Below are positions 37,721-49,702 of a stretch of DNA of 64,000 nt, piece after piece; within the stretch, counting starts at the first letter, position 1, and the number at the start of each line of letters is the position of its first letter. The notes under the pieces were generated by a model. The model searched no databases and had not been told where the DNA came from. It saw only the letters and a program-made list of their open reading frames with translations. Made by a program: the position numbers and the translations under genes. The stretch comes from Felis catus (taxonomy: Eukaryota). Location: NCBI RefSeq assembly GCF_018350175.1, contig NC_058380.1:57288001-57352000 (forward strand). Reading direction: 5' to 3'.

Positions 37721-38488
37721 TCAGGGCAAAGAGTAGTCCTTATCTGGATTCCCGAAAGCTGCCATCTCACAGATGCAGGGAAGATGAGAAGTGCAGTCCT
37801 CCTGCTGCCACTTTGGCCAACTGGTCTGTACCTTGTAACATCTTGAGCTTCGACCATAATACCTAAAGATTGGTGAATAGAACTGGGATAAAATTCTGCC
37901 CCTCCCACCCCACCCCCCCATTTCACCCCACCCCCACCCCCACTCCCTTCTCTCACCTTGCCCTGCATTAAATACAATGAAGTCCTAGCTTGCCCTGCCT
38001 GTCTAAGGCCACGTCTGGGCATGGTTCACGGACAGATGTCTTTTCCAACCCGAAGAGGCTTTAGGACCAGGGGAGGGAAAAATCACCCAAGATGTTAAAG
38101 ATGGAAACCCCAGTTAGGGAACATGGATGATGACTACCCTGTTTCAGGGTCCCTGGAGTTGATCTTCAAAGTTATCCCACTGCTCCCTTACTTCCTGGGG
38201 CAACTCTAGTGCCAAGTGGTCCTGACGGAGAAAGTGCCACCTCAGTTTCGGTAGCCTTGTCAAGGGATGGGAAGTTAGATGCCAGGGTTCATCAGCTGTG
38301 AAGCCCTAGCTAAAGCCTCACCTTCTTCCTCTGAGAGAAAGACGACATAGGTCCCAACCCACTAACTTAAGGGCGCCTGGGTGGCTCAGTCGGTTAAGAT
38401 CCAACTTCAGCCCAGGTTATGGTCTCATGGTTTGTGGGTTCAAAGCCCCACATCTAGCTCTGTGCTGACAGTGCAGAACCTACTTGGG

Positions 38489-38541
<53 letters not shown>

Positions 38542-41500
38542 CACAAATAAATAAACTTAAAAAAAAAAAAAAGGTCCCCACCTAGTAACTTGAAAAGAAA
38601 AAAAAAGTGCCAGGGACTGCTAGGTACTGGGGAGGGGACAGAGAATAAGACTGTCCTAAGAAGTTATTAAGTAAAGAAAATGCACAAATAGGCAATTACA
38701 ATATTGACTTATGAAAGAGTTTTGGGAGCAGAAACTGGAGAGGAATCTCAATACCATGTCTTTATGAAGGAATTATGGAGTTGGACATGCCCAGGAATCC
38801 TAACAGACTTACCCAGAGGATTTTTTACTATCAGCCTGCTGCCACATCTTAATATAGTTGGAGGTAGCCCAAAATGAACCAGTAGGATTAACTTCTGTCA
38901 ACATCTTCCTCGCATTGTTGAGATAATTACCCTGAGGGGAGATTCAGAGAGATGAGAGGTATGTGGAAAATGATGAGAAATATTCCAATATGTGGGGGGG
39001 GGGGGGGGGGCGGGGGGGCAAGGGGAGGTAGGGGAGGGAATGGGCCAGTGGAAGAAAATGAACACTACAGGGAGCCCTATGAGCTTTGACCAAGAGGACT
39101 GTGTCTGACTGGTGCATGACATCAGCTCATCAGTGACCTATCCCTGCAGCCTTCAAGCCACCATGCAGATGGAGGCTCACCCTTCAGTTCACCTCCCAGC
39201 TGGGTAAGAATTTCTGCCAGCCTTTGAAGGGGAGTCATTCCATGAGCTGCTCTGTTCACAAGGAGCCAGTCCCTTCAATCCAGCCCACCAGTTTGGGACC
39301 TCTCTGCCTGAAATTCCCTGAGAGTCAAAGAAGCTACTAAGCAGCACTGAGAGCTGAGCAGAAAGCTGAGATGAGAAACAGGTTAAAGTAAAGATGGTTC
39401 ATAAGCTTCAACTCTCATGCCACCTCCAGTCAGTTGGTAGAGGCCACCTCAAGCACTGTGCTGAGAAGCTGCACGGAAAAAGGACGCGTGCCACGTGTGC
39501 ACTGCCATTCCTAACTGACGGCATAGATCCCTCTACCCACTACGGTCTCTGAATGAGGGTATGCTTACTGAGTAATAAATGTCATTGAAGGTGGCCAGGT
39601 CAGAGGACAGAGATTTACAGTGGTTTTGGCTCTCATCCCAAGTTCTTGCAGTAAGTGAGATGTAAAAGCAACTCTTCTCACTCAGTATCCATCCTGAAGG
39701 ACAGCAGGTATCTAAAAACCAGAAAGAATGTGACAGCACAGCCCAAACCCAAGAGGGAGATCTCCCCATTTGGGATGAAAGTGAGGACTCTGCGACCTGG
39801 TTGCTCACAGTGTCCCCCTCAGTCTAATCTCGGCACCTTTACTGACTTCTAACACTTGATCTTTGCGATCTTTCTTTCTTCGGCCTCCCCTAGTAATTCC
39901 ATTCCTACACACATTTAGGAAAAGCCTTTGGTATTCAACAACATCCCTCCTTAACAGGCTGGGAGCTTTATTTTCATAGGGCTCATGGTACTACTACCGA
40001 TTTCTGAATGATTGCAGTCTCCCCCCTACACCTTGGCTAACCTCACCTGGGCCCCCCATAAGTGTTCAGTAGGCTCTAATTCATCTCAATAGGTCCTTAA
40101 GCATTCCTCACTGCATATTCAAAACTTTCCCATACCCCTCAAGCTGCTAGCCACCTCCCCTTTCCTCCCCACTCTTCCACAAGTAATAACCTTCGTTCCT
40201 GTTCTGCTGAAATGGTCAGACACTTGATGTGAACTCTCTCCATTTCCTTCTCTTCCACCCCAAAATTTGTCTCTTCCCTGCTCCTCTGTTCCTGATCATA
40301 AGAAATAAACATCCCTCTTTCTTCAACAGCTTTGTTCCATGAGTCCTACCTCCATCACTCAAAGATCATTCCTTCCCCACTCGCTCCCTCTCTTCTGTCT
40401 ACATTTTCTCATGTCCCCACCTAGCTACTCTCTTGCATTTCTGTCCCATGGCAACTAAAAGGAATAAAAAGTCAGTGTGGCCACCATGGAAGAGGCTGAG
40501 AGGATAAGGGTCATGCTGAAAAGTAGGCAGAGACCTTGGTAGCCAGGTGAAGGACTTTTATATTACAAGGAAGAATAAGTCAACACGGGGTTTTACATAG
40601 AGGAGTTTTGTTCACTGGCTGTATCCCAAGTGCTTGGTCACAGCACTGGACATATAGTATTTATTGCATAACTTTTGATGTAATTAATTAACTGGAATGG
40701 CATGATCAGATTTTTGTTTTTAAAGGATCACCCCGGCTGCAACATGAAACGTGGATGGCGGAGGGAGGTGTGGAGGGATGTTTAGGAAAAACAGTGCAGC
40801 AAGCTGCCACAGTTATCGTTGCAGAAGATGGGGGTGGGCAAAAATGTGAACGAAAGTATAGATGCAGGGGTGGAAAATGGAGGAAGTTCCTCCGCCAGAG
40901 TCGGGCACTTGACTCGCGGGCACTTTCTGCTGAAAGTGACAGAGAAGGTGGTGGGGTAAGGAGCTATCGTGGAGGGCAAGCCACCACTGCACAGCTGCCA
41001 GGCAGCATTGAGGGACCGGCTGGGATGGAGACTAGAGTTCTGGTGGCACCAAGCAGAATGACTGCACAATATGGCACACGTGGGTGCAGGCATGCGCCAG
41101 GTGGGCACTTGAGTTCATCAGGTGATCAACTCTGGTGCACCAGAAGGTGTAAAGGAACAAAGGAGCGAGTGGTTCAGGTGATGGATAGAGAAGTGCCAGC
41201 TGATGCAAAGGAAACAGGAGAGATAGTGGGTTAGAGGCCTCAGTGAGGTTAAAGACGTGTAGGGAAAGCTTGGAGGAGGTGGGTGTGGTCAGAGTGGAGG
41301 TCTGAAGGAGAGCCTGGGCCTGGCGGGCTCAGTTGGAAGAGCATGCAACTTTTGCTCTCAGGGTCGTGAGTGCAAGCCACGCATAGGGGGTAGCGATTAC
41401 ATCAGTAATACATGCATACATACATACATGAAGAGACACCTGGGTGGCTCAGTCAGTTAAGAGTCTATTGACTTCAGCTCAGCTCATGATCTCACAATTC

Positions 41501-44500
41501 GTGAGATTGAGTCCCACATCCGGCTCTGTGCTGACAGTGCAGNNNNNNNNNNNNNNNNNNNNNNNNNNNNNNNNNNNNNNNNNNNNNNNNNNNNNNNNNN
41601 NNNNNNNNNNNNNNNNNNNNNNNNNNNNNNNNNNNNNNNNNNNNNNNNNNNNNNNNNNNNNNNNNNNNNNNNNNNNNNNNNNNNNNNNNNNNNNNNGATC
41701 GGAAACCAGCCTTTTAGTGGAAGAGCAGTTTAGGATGCTGGGACCTAGGGGGTAGCTGAGGGAACGGGTGACAGCACTGCACGGAACTGAGAGTCATAGA
41801 GAATAAGAAGGCTAAAGAAATGAGGACTGGGTGTATCTGCACATAATCTTACTATCTTAAGCCTTGGGGGAATTATCCAGATGCCCCCTAAACTAGACAG
41901 AGCCTAACCTGGACCATAGGTCACCAGTCCGTGAACATTCCAGTTGCCTTGGCCCTGGCACCTCTAATCTCAGCCTGCTTTTTGCACCGCCTCTCTCCTT
42001 TTATGTGGCCCCCTCCCTCACCCCCACACATTGCCTGGGCTCCTGCCTTCAAAATAGATGAACACTCCACCCCAGTTCCCTACCCCACATTACCCACCCC
42101 CACCTCATTGTGAGTGCCACCCACACTTGAGAGCTTCAGCTACTTTGCCCCACCGCCCCTCATCAATCACTAATTCTTAACCTTTGAGGAATCTCAGATG
42201 TAGTGAGAAATAAAGCTATAGACCCTCTCTTTAGAAAACTGTGCAAACAACCAGTTTCACATCCAAATTCAGGGGGTTCCCAGATCTTTGACTCTGATAT
42301 CAAACCACATGAGACCTGAGTTTGGTGCTTTGGACAGTGAGATCTGCATTGCTGGCTGCCACCCTCCTCTCCTGGAGGATCTGCCTTAGAGCTGGGTGAG
42401 TCGCCCTAAATCCAGTATGCAACTTGATCCTCCTCTCTGTTAGCCAAGGCTGCACAGCTTGTGTCAGCCACCACTCTGATTTACGACCCCTTTCCTCAAC
42501 AACTTAATACGGCCCCTGATAGATAGATCCTGCCCCTGCCACAAGTGTGTCCTCATTTCAATCCGTCCCTCACACACACCCTCCCATCTTTCCTCTCCCA
42601 GAGCAGATACCTGATAAGGGGCATGTGAACAAGGGCTTCATTGTATCCTTCATCCGGCTTAGCCTCTGCTCCAAGGTCCTCCTCTGCACCTCCTCACTTT
42701 GCAAGGCCTCCTTGGTCTTCTCCCTGTCAGACTGGCAGGCCTGTAACTGCTCTTGGGTAGCCTGGTGAACCCTCTGTTCCTCCTGTAGTGCTTCCTGACT
42801 CAGGGCTAGTTCCCTCTTGGACCCCTGCAGATCCTCTTCCCTCTTCCCCAGCTGGGTTATCTTTAGGTGGAGCTGCTGCCTCAGGCTGCTGTTAGTGGCT
42901 TCCAGAACACTGTTCATCTGCTGGAGCTGCTGAGATACCTGCAGATCTGTTCAGCCATAATGAGATTTGGAGGACATCTTCCTCAGCCATGCTCTGGTGC
43001 CCTGAGACTTCAGCATCAGTCTTTTGTCTGCTCTTGCAAATTTTTGCATAACAGGCTGAAATATAGGATCTGACTGCCTAAAGCTTAAGGAGGTACTGGA
43101 TCAGGTAAGGACAATTTAGGAAGACACGGCACTCTAAAACAGACCTGGCTGGAAACCAGACCAAAAGCTAAGGAGGTGGTGGTGACTGGGGGCCCTGCCC
43201 AGAGAAGGGCAGCCGCTGGAGACAGTAGGGGAGAAAATTGCTTGGGGTAAGTGGGAAAGGGGAGACGGCCATACTCACAGCGCACTCCCAGGCAGATGGC
43301 GGCCACCCCTAACAGCAGGCAGGCGAGGAGCAGGCCAAGAAAGAGGTACAGCGTGCAGGCTGCGCGGCCTTAGGGAGACAGTGGGATGAAGGGCAGAGAC
43401 CCCCACGAAAGTCTATAGCCTGAGGGGCTGGCTGGGTGGGTGGTATTCATGGGAAAGGGCATCCCTCCCTCAGAGGACGTGGTGCAGGCATGGTGGGTTT
43501 TGCCGGGTAGTGGGTTTCCGCAGGTAGCGAGGGAAGATGTTCCGCAATAAGGGCTGGGATTGCTGCTGGTAAGGATTGAGGGGCGCTACCTGGTAAGATG
43601 GGAACTAAATCTCAGACGGAGACAGAGGACGGGGATATAGGAGTGGGGACCATCGTAACGGGGGGAGACGGGAGGATCTAGGTCAACCTGTGGGAAAGAT
43701 ATATGTGGATATTGGGGGTGAAAAGGACGGGAAAGGGGGTCTCGGGGCTGCCCGCGCAGTCCGGAGGGCTGTTCCGGCAAACTCTTGGTACCAGATCCGG
43801 ACACCGCCGGGCAGGGCACCAGCCCAGCTGGGACCCCGCCAGCACTTCACTTCGCTATCACCTCCCGGGGCGGCAGCGCCGGGGGGGTGATGTGGGGGCG
43901 GCCGCCCAGCGGGAGGCCCCGCCGCGTGCCCGAGCGCGAGCCCTGCGGCGCGGGGAGGGCGGGGCGCGCAGGTGGGGAGGGCTCCGTACTCACCAGTGAG
44001 AATCCTCCCGGCAGCTGGTGACGCCACGGAGCTCCAGGACGCAGTTGGCTGCTCCGCCTGGAGCCCTGCGGACCGGTGGCTACTCCAGTCTGAACATGGG
44101 AAGCCCCGGGAAATTCCTTTCTTTCCACCCTCTCCTTCTCCACCGCGCCGAGAAGCCTTCAGCGACACGCTAGAGTACTCTGGGACACGCTTAGCATTCT
44201 CTGGAGTTCTGCCTCTCCCCCAGGATTCTTGTGTCTCTCCTGGGTCTTACTATAGCCTCTCCCCGGGGATCCCCTCCTCTCCCTCCTGGGTCTCCGCTTA
44301 TGTTTTCCGCAGCCTTCTCCACCCCCCCCCCCCCACCCCGCATAGGCCTGCCCCAAATCCTCTTCCTGGAGGCGCGTCCATCCCCCTCCCCTGCCCTCTC
44401 TTCTCTGTCCCATGACTCCCCACTTCCTATTCGAACTCCTCTCCCCACAGGGCTGCCCTGACCCCTCCCCGGATCCCTTGTCTCCACCTTGCCCCCGGGG

Positions 44501-44984
44501 AGCTTTATTTTTCCCTGGCTCCCATTTATCCAGTGTTCAGTCTTCTCTTTCCTAAGCACCCCCTCCTTTTCCAAGGGTGTTGTTCCCCCCCCCTTCCAAG
44601 AATACTGTGGACTTGCAGCTCGAGACACAGCTCTCCTCACCCCCCCTACCGCGCCCCCCCCCCCGCCCCGCCAAACAGACAGGCTCTGAGCTTTCCGTAC
44701 CTGCTTTGTCCCCTACTCCAGAAGAGGCCAAGCTTAAGGGCCCGCCTGAGACTGAGACTGAGGGCACTTGTACATTCTCGTAGGTGAGTTCCTCATCCTC
44801 ATCAGCCTCTGGGGCAGGAGAGGAGAGAAAAGGTGGAGGTGGGGTAGAGTCATGAGGGAGCATAAGGTTGCAAAATCAAGGAGATGCTTCTTCCACCCTT
44901 ACCCTGTCCTGACCGGCTGGAGACGCTCTTCTTCAGGGGAGCCTTCACAAACCGCAGGTCTGCATAGGTGATGGCCTCAGCCAT
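37721..44984 (-). CDS. CD72: B-cell differentiation antigen CD72 (type II C-type lectin-like inhibitory receptor)
   Basis: Exons 44984-44903 (MAEAITYADL, ITIM), 44808-44701 (LTYENV), 44065-43994, 43368-43279 (TM), 42946-42611 (coiled-coil stalk), 39711-39569 (DTCCPSGW, CTLD), 38931-38813, 37862-37721 (TGA). A non-coding last exon probably starts at 37437. Confidence 0.95.
38370..38572 (+). mobile_element. Can-SINE in CD72 intron 7
   Basis: Head, core, long (CT)n, poly(A). Confidence 0.85.
43720..44190. promoter_or_regulatory. Intragenic CpG island over CD72 exon 3 and intron 3
   Basis: Dense CpG and GC boxes (GGGCGGGGCG ~43958). Confidence 0.65.
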
Positions 44985-45138
44985 GGCCCTGAGCACCTCT
45001 GCTCCCACCGCTCTCCCCCTTCTTCCACTGGCCCCAAGCTTCCCTTGACACTCTCCCCTCTGTCCCTTCACACTCTTAGGCTCTGTGTTCCTTCGGTGAC
45101 TGCACAGCTTAGTGCTTTACCCTGTGACTTCCAGTTAC

Positions 45139-45150
45139 AAAAGAGGAAGA
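45139..45150 (+). promoter_or_regulatory. PU.1/ETS-like site in the CD72 promoter
   Basis: AAAAGAGGAAG ~155 nt upstream of the ATG matches the PU.1 core; motif-level evidence only. Confidence 0.45.
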
Positions 45151-48100
45151 TGTGAGCAAGTCTCAGACAGATGGGTTCAGTGAAGCAGATGGCATCCCTA
45201 AGCCTCTGCCAGAGGGACAGCCTGGGAAACTGAGGTCCAGAACATGTGGGTAGAGGCTGGAGGTGTCAGGGCTCACTACTCAGGCCTGTCCCTGTGTCCT
45301 GCCTGTGCTCCCCCTGCATGCATCCCAGACCCATTTTGGCAGTACTGGGCTCTAAATGCCTATCCTCCTGATCATCTACCCTGATTTGCCCCATGCTCTT
45401 CTCTTGGCTGCTCTGTGCACAGGCTTATCTATGTGTTGTCAGAGCTCTTTTGTGCCCAACTAAACACAGAAGATGTCCCCAGTCATTGCTCCAGAATGGA
45501 ACTCCATCCTCTCCATCACACTGGGGTATCCTACTTTGGAGCCCGTGCTCCTCCTCATCCTGCGGTTCCTAGCAGATGTAGGTTCCCAGAAAGAGGCCCT
45601 TGATTTGGTGGGGCTCATTTCCTTATCAGTTTGGGGGCTTTCAGGGTAGACTCAGCTCCCCTCCAGCTGTAGTCCTACAGGGCTTCTGAGGATCTCACAC
45701 ATAGGAAGGTTCTCACTCCAAAGCCCTTCCTGAGAATGTGGCAGCCCTTTGGAGGATGCAGAGGATCTGGGGCCACACTGCTTCTCTTCTATAAACTCCC
45801 CCAGACTCCCTCTTCACAAACTCTCCCTGGCCTTCTGGACCCTTGTTCCCTTCTGACTACATGTTTGGCCAATCAGCCCCTTCCCCATCCGTCTTGCCCC
45901 CTGCTGGACTTGGGACATCTGAGCTGGATCCAGCAAGCTGAGTCCAGGAGGCAGAAGCTTGGGGATAGGCCTGGGCTGGGGGTGAGGATGAGGGACAACC
46001 CACAGCTTGTGCACTTTGGGAAAAGCCTGCAGCACGGACCATATGTACTCCCGTGTGGGGGGTCAGGGAGCAGGTGAACAAAGGAGTAGTGTGGCGGTGA
46101 AGAAGGGCGGCAGCTTCTCTCAGAAGGGAGGCAGGGAAACAAAGCACGGCTGGGTCCTAAGTGCACGGACTCTGAACCTGAGGTTTTGATATTTTCTTGT
46201 TTTGGTTTTAGTTTTTTTCTCTTACTTTCCTTCTAAAGGTCTTCCTTTAAAGAAGAGTCTCAACATTGTCCCTTTACACCCAGCCCCAAGGAAAAAGGGG
46301 GCATTCGTGGGAGAAGAGCAGGGGCTGGGAGGCCCTCATGGGTGCCAAGGGCCTAGCTGAGATGGAGACCAGTGGAGGAGGAGGGGCTGTCGAACAGTAG
46401 TTCAAAGGTGCTCCCTAATGTTCTTTTACCAGGATGTGACCCCAAAGGGCTTACTTCCACAGGTGGGAAGAAGCTGGAACAAGACAAGGTATGTAGGTGG
46501 GAAAAAACCCACTTGCAGTGGGTGACATCTGCCCCCGCAGAACCTCTTCACACACTGCCACCTCTGTGGGGAGGAAAAAGGAAGGGGAAGGAGGTCCTCA
46601 CCACATGCTAACAGCCGTAGTGTATGACTAGTAGTGTGTGGAGGAGTGCTGTGATGGGCCCTATGGGTCTGTTGAGAGCTCTGCCCAATAGCACCCCACA
46701 GCCCACCCACACAAAGGGCCCACTGAGGTAGAAAAACACATTTGTCACCTGAGGAGAGGCAGGCATATTGCCTGTGTGTGAGTGTGCACGTGTGTACATG
46801 CATCCCCGGGTCTTTGCAGGATGTGGGGGTATCTGTGTGAGGTGAGCATCTATGTCAAGGGCTGCTGGGAGGACGAAGCTCTGAGGATTCTGTGGGCTGA
46901 AGGGTGCCTGTGAGAGCTGTTATTTTTTTCCATGGCAGGGAATGAGAGGCCATTTTCAGAAAAGTCTTAAAAGGTGATGGGGACAGATTATAGAAGTATT
47001 TCTTTTTTAAGACTCACTGTTTCCTAAGGTGTCCCTGCAGCTGTTAACCGTCCTTGCTTAACTAAAGTTTCCAACAACGTTGTCCCCTCCCCCAGTCACC
47101 CTATCAGGACCTCCTCCAGATAACAGAGGACAGTGTGTGTCGGTGGCTCCCTGGGGGCCTGTGGGGCCTAAGAGAGTGAGTGGGAGCACATAGAGCAGCT
47201 GGTGGCATGGGTGGGTGGGGGCTGTCAGGGTACTTGTATCTGTGGTGTATGGGGGCGGGGCAGTGTGTACATAGATCCGTTTTGCAGGAACATCTGCAGG
47301 AATTCAATAAACTATAGATAATATCCCCGTTTTCAGAACCAATACACAAGCGAGCAAGGCCTGGAGGCCAGGTGAAATACCAAACCAAGTTTCCAGTATG
47401 TGCTCAAAAAAAGAACCAATGGATATGCTGCCTAAATGGGACCTTGGAGAGGCTTCAAGAGAGAAGGTCCCCAAATGCACCTGGAGTGAGCTAAACTGCA
47501 CATCCACAGTGGCATAGACAACTTAAGCAGTCTTGGCCTGTGTCTCTGTCCTCCTTAGCTCTTGTGGGGATGGTTACACATCTCCTTATGACGTTCTGCT
47601 TTCCCTTCCGATGCCTTCTTTTGTGAATAGGGTGTGAGAGAGGGATCCTTCTTCCCCACATGTGTCTTTGCAATATTGACATTCACATTACCTTTCAAGA
47701 TTGGATATCAGAAAGGACGCCTGAAACTCGTACTGTGCCTCCACTTGCCCAAATGTCAGGAGAGCCTGGGGCCTTTTAAGAGCTGAGAAGCCAGTGCTGT
47801 GCATTTCAGCTTTTCCATAACCATTATATCATATGAGCACAGACACCAAAGCCCATTTCTTGCTCTCTCCTGGCCTCTCCATTGTTTGTTACAGGGACTC
47901 GGTTGTAAAGGTAGATAACAGGAGGCAGCCCAGCGATGAGGACAGCAAATGAGGAATTTGCTGTGTGGAAAGGGGCTCATCTGTATAAATTTTGGTGAAG
48001 TCCAGCCCACATCAAGAAGTCAAGGAAGGCTTCTGAGACCCTGAAAACCAGGTTGTATCCAACTTCATTACTTTAGTCCACTGGCTCTGGGAGGCTCTAA

Positions 48101-48288
48101 TTTATAGACAGATCATGGTAGGCAGAATAATGGCCTCTCCAAAATGTTCACACTTTAATCCCCAGAATCTGTGAATATGTTATTTTACTTGACAAAAATG
48201 TAAATGTGGTTAAGGATTTACTGCATTTAGTAAAAACATCCAAGATATGTTAAATAATAAGAATAATAACAGGCATCTCTGTCTAAAT

Positions 48289-49654
48289 GTTTTTTTTTAA
48301 TGTTTATTTATTTTTGAGGGAGAGAGACAGAGCGTGAGTAGGGGAGGGGCAGAGAGAGAGGGAGACACAGAATCTGAAGCAGGCTCCAGGCTCTGAGCTG
48401 TCAGCACAGAGCCCGACGCAGGGCTCAAACTCACAAACTGTGAGATCATGACCTGAGCCAAAGTCAGACACTCAACCAACTGAGCCACCCAGGTGCCCCA
48501 CTAAATGTTTATTTTAATGGAAGTGGTTTTAGTATTTCACCCTTGAGAACAATGTTTGCTGTTAAGTTTTAGTAAAAAGCCTTCATTATATTTCAGCAGT
48601 TTTCCTCTTTTTCATTTTTACATAGAATTTTTATAAGGAACTATATTAAATTAAGCTGGCTCTAACTATTAAATATGGGAGCTTTTCTTCTTTTCCTATA
48701 GTTTTGACTAAATTAAATGGCATGGAAGCTATCATTATTTAAGAATAGATAAAACTTAGTTCTGGTGTCATTTGAATGCAATCTTTTCTAAAAGTAGGTC
48801 TATAATCACCTTTTTATTCTGGTCTTTTCTAAGATAAGTTGAGCTATTCAAGCTTTCTTCTTTCTCTTGGGCCAATTTTAGTAATTTACATTTTTCCTAA
48901 AATGTATCTATTACCTCTAAATTTTCAAGTTAGTTGATGAGGAATTTTATTTATTATTATTATTTTTAATGTTTATTTATTTTTGAGAGAGACAGAGCAT
49001 GAGCAGGGGAGGGGGAGAGAGAGAAGGAGACCTAGAATGTGAAGCAGGCTCCAGGCTCTGAGCTGTCAGCACAGAGCCCTACACAGGGCTTGTACTCACA
49101 AGCTGCAAGATCATGACCTGAGCTGAAGTCAGCCACCCAACTGATTGGGCCACCCAGGTGCCCTGATGAGGAATTTTAAGTTGCACCTTTTTATAATTCT
49201 TTAATTCTTTCTTCTAACTAATATTGTCTATTTTTACTCCTTTTTTCTTTGTGTGTGTGTGCATGCTTGTAAGAGGTTTATTAGCCCTTTTATTTATTTA
49301 TTTTTTAATGTTTAATTATTTTTGACAGAGAGAGAAACAGAGCATGAATGGGGGAGGAGCAGAGAGAGAGGGAGACACAGAATCTGAAGCCAACTCCAGG
49401 CTCCGAGCTCTCAGCACAGAGCCTGACTCGGGGCTCGAACTCACATACCTCGAGATCATGACCTGAGCTGAAGTCGGAAGCTCAACCGACTGAGCCACCC
49501 AGGCGCCCCTTTATTAGCCCTTTTAAAGAACTTTTTAAAGTGTATGCTCTTTAGTATTTTTGTTGGTTCTCCATTTCATTCATGTCAGCTTTTGACATTT
49601 CCTGCTTATTTTTGGTTTCTTGTTCTTTTTGTAATCTATTGAAATAAGTACTCC

Positions 49655-49702
<48 letters not shown>

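Noticed and set aside
38990-39045. Poly-G / G-quadruplex tract in CD72 intron 6
   Set aside because: Homopolymer length is unreliable and such tracts are common; no further support.
40755-41234. 159-aa ORF in CD72 intron 5
   Set aside because: Lies in purine-rich, decayed L2-like sequence; no domain or splice support.
41697-41704. GATCGGAA next to a gap, resembling an Illumina adapter
   Set aside because: Only 8 nt match before diverging; compatible with chance.
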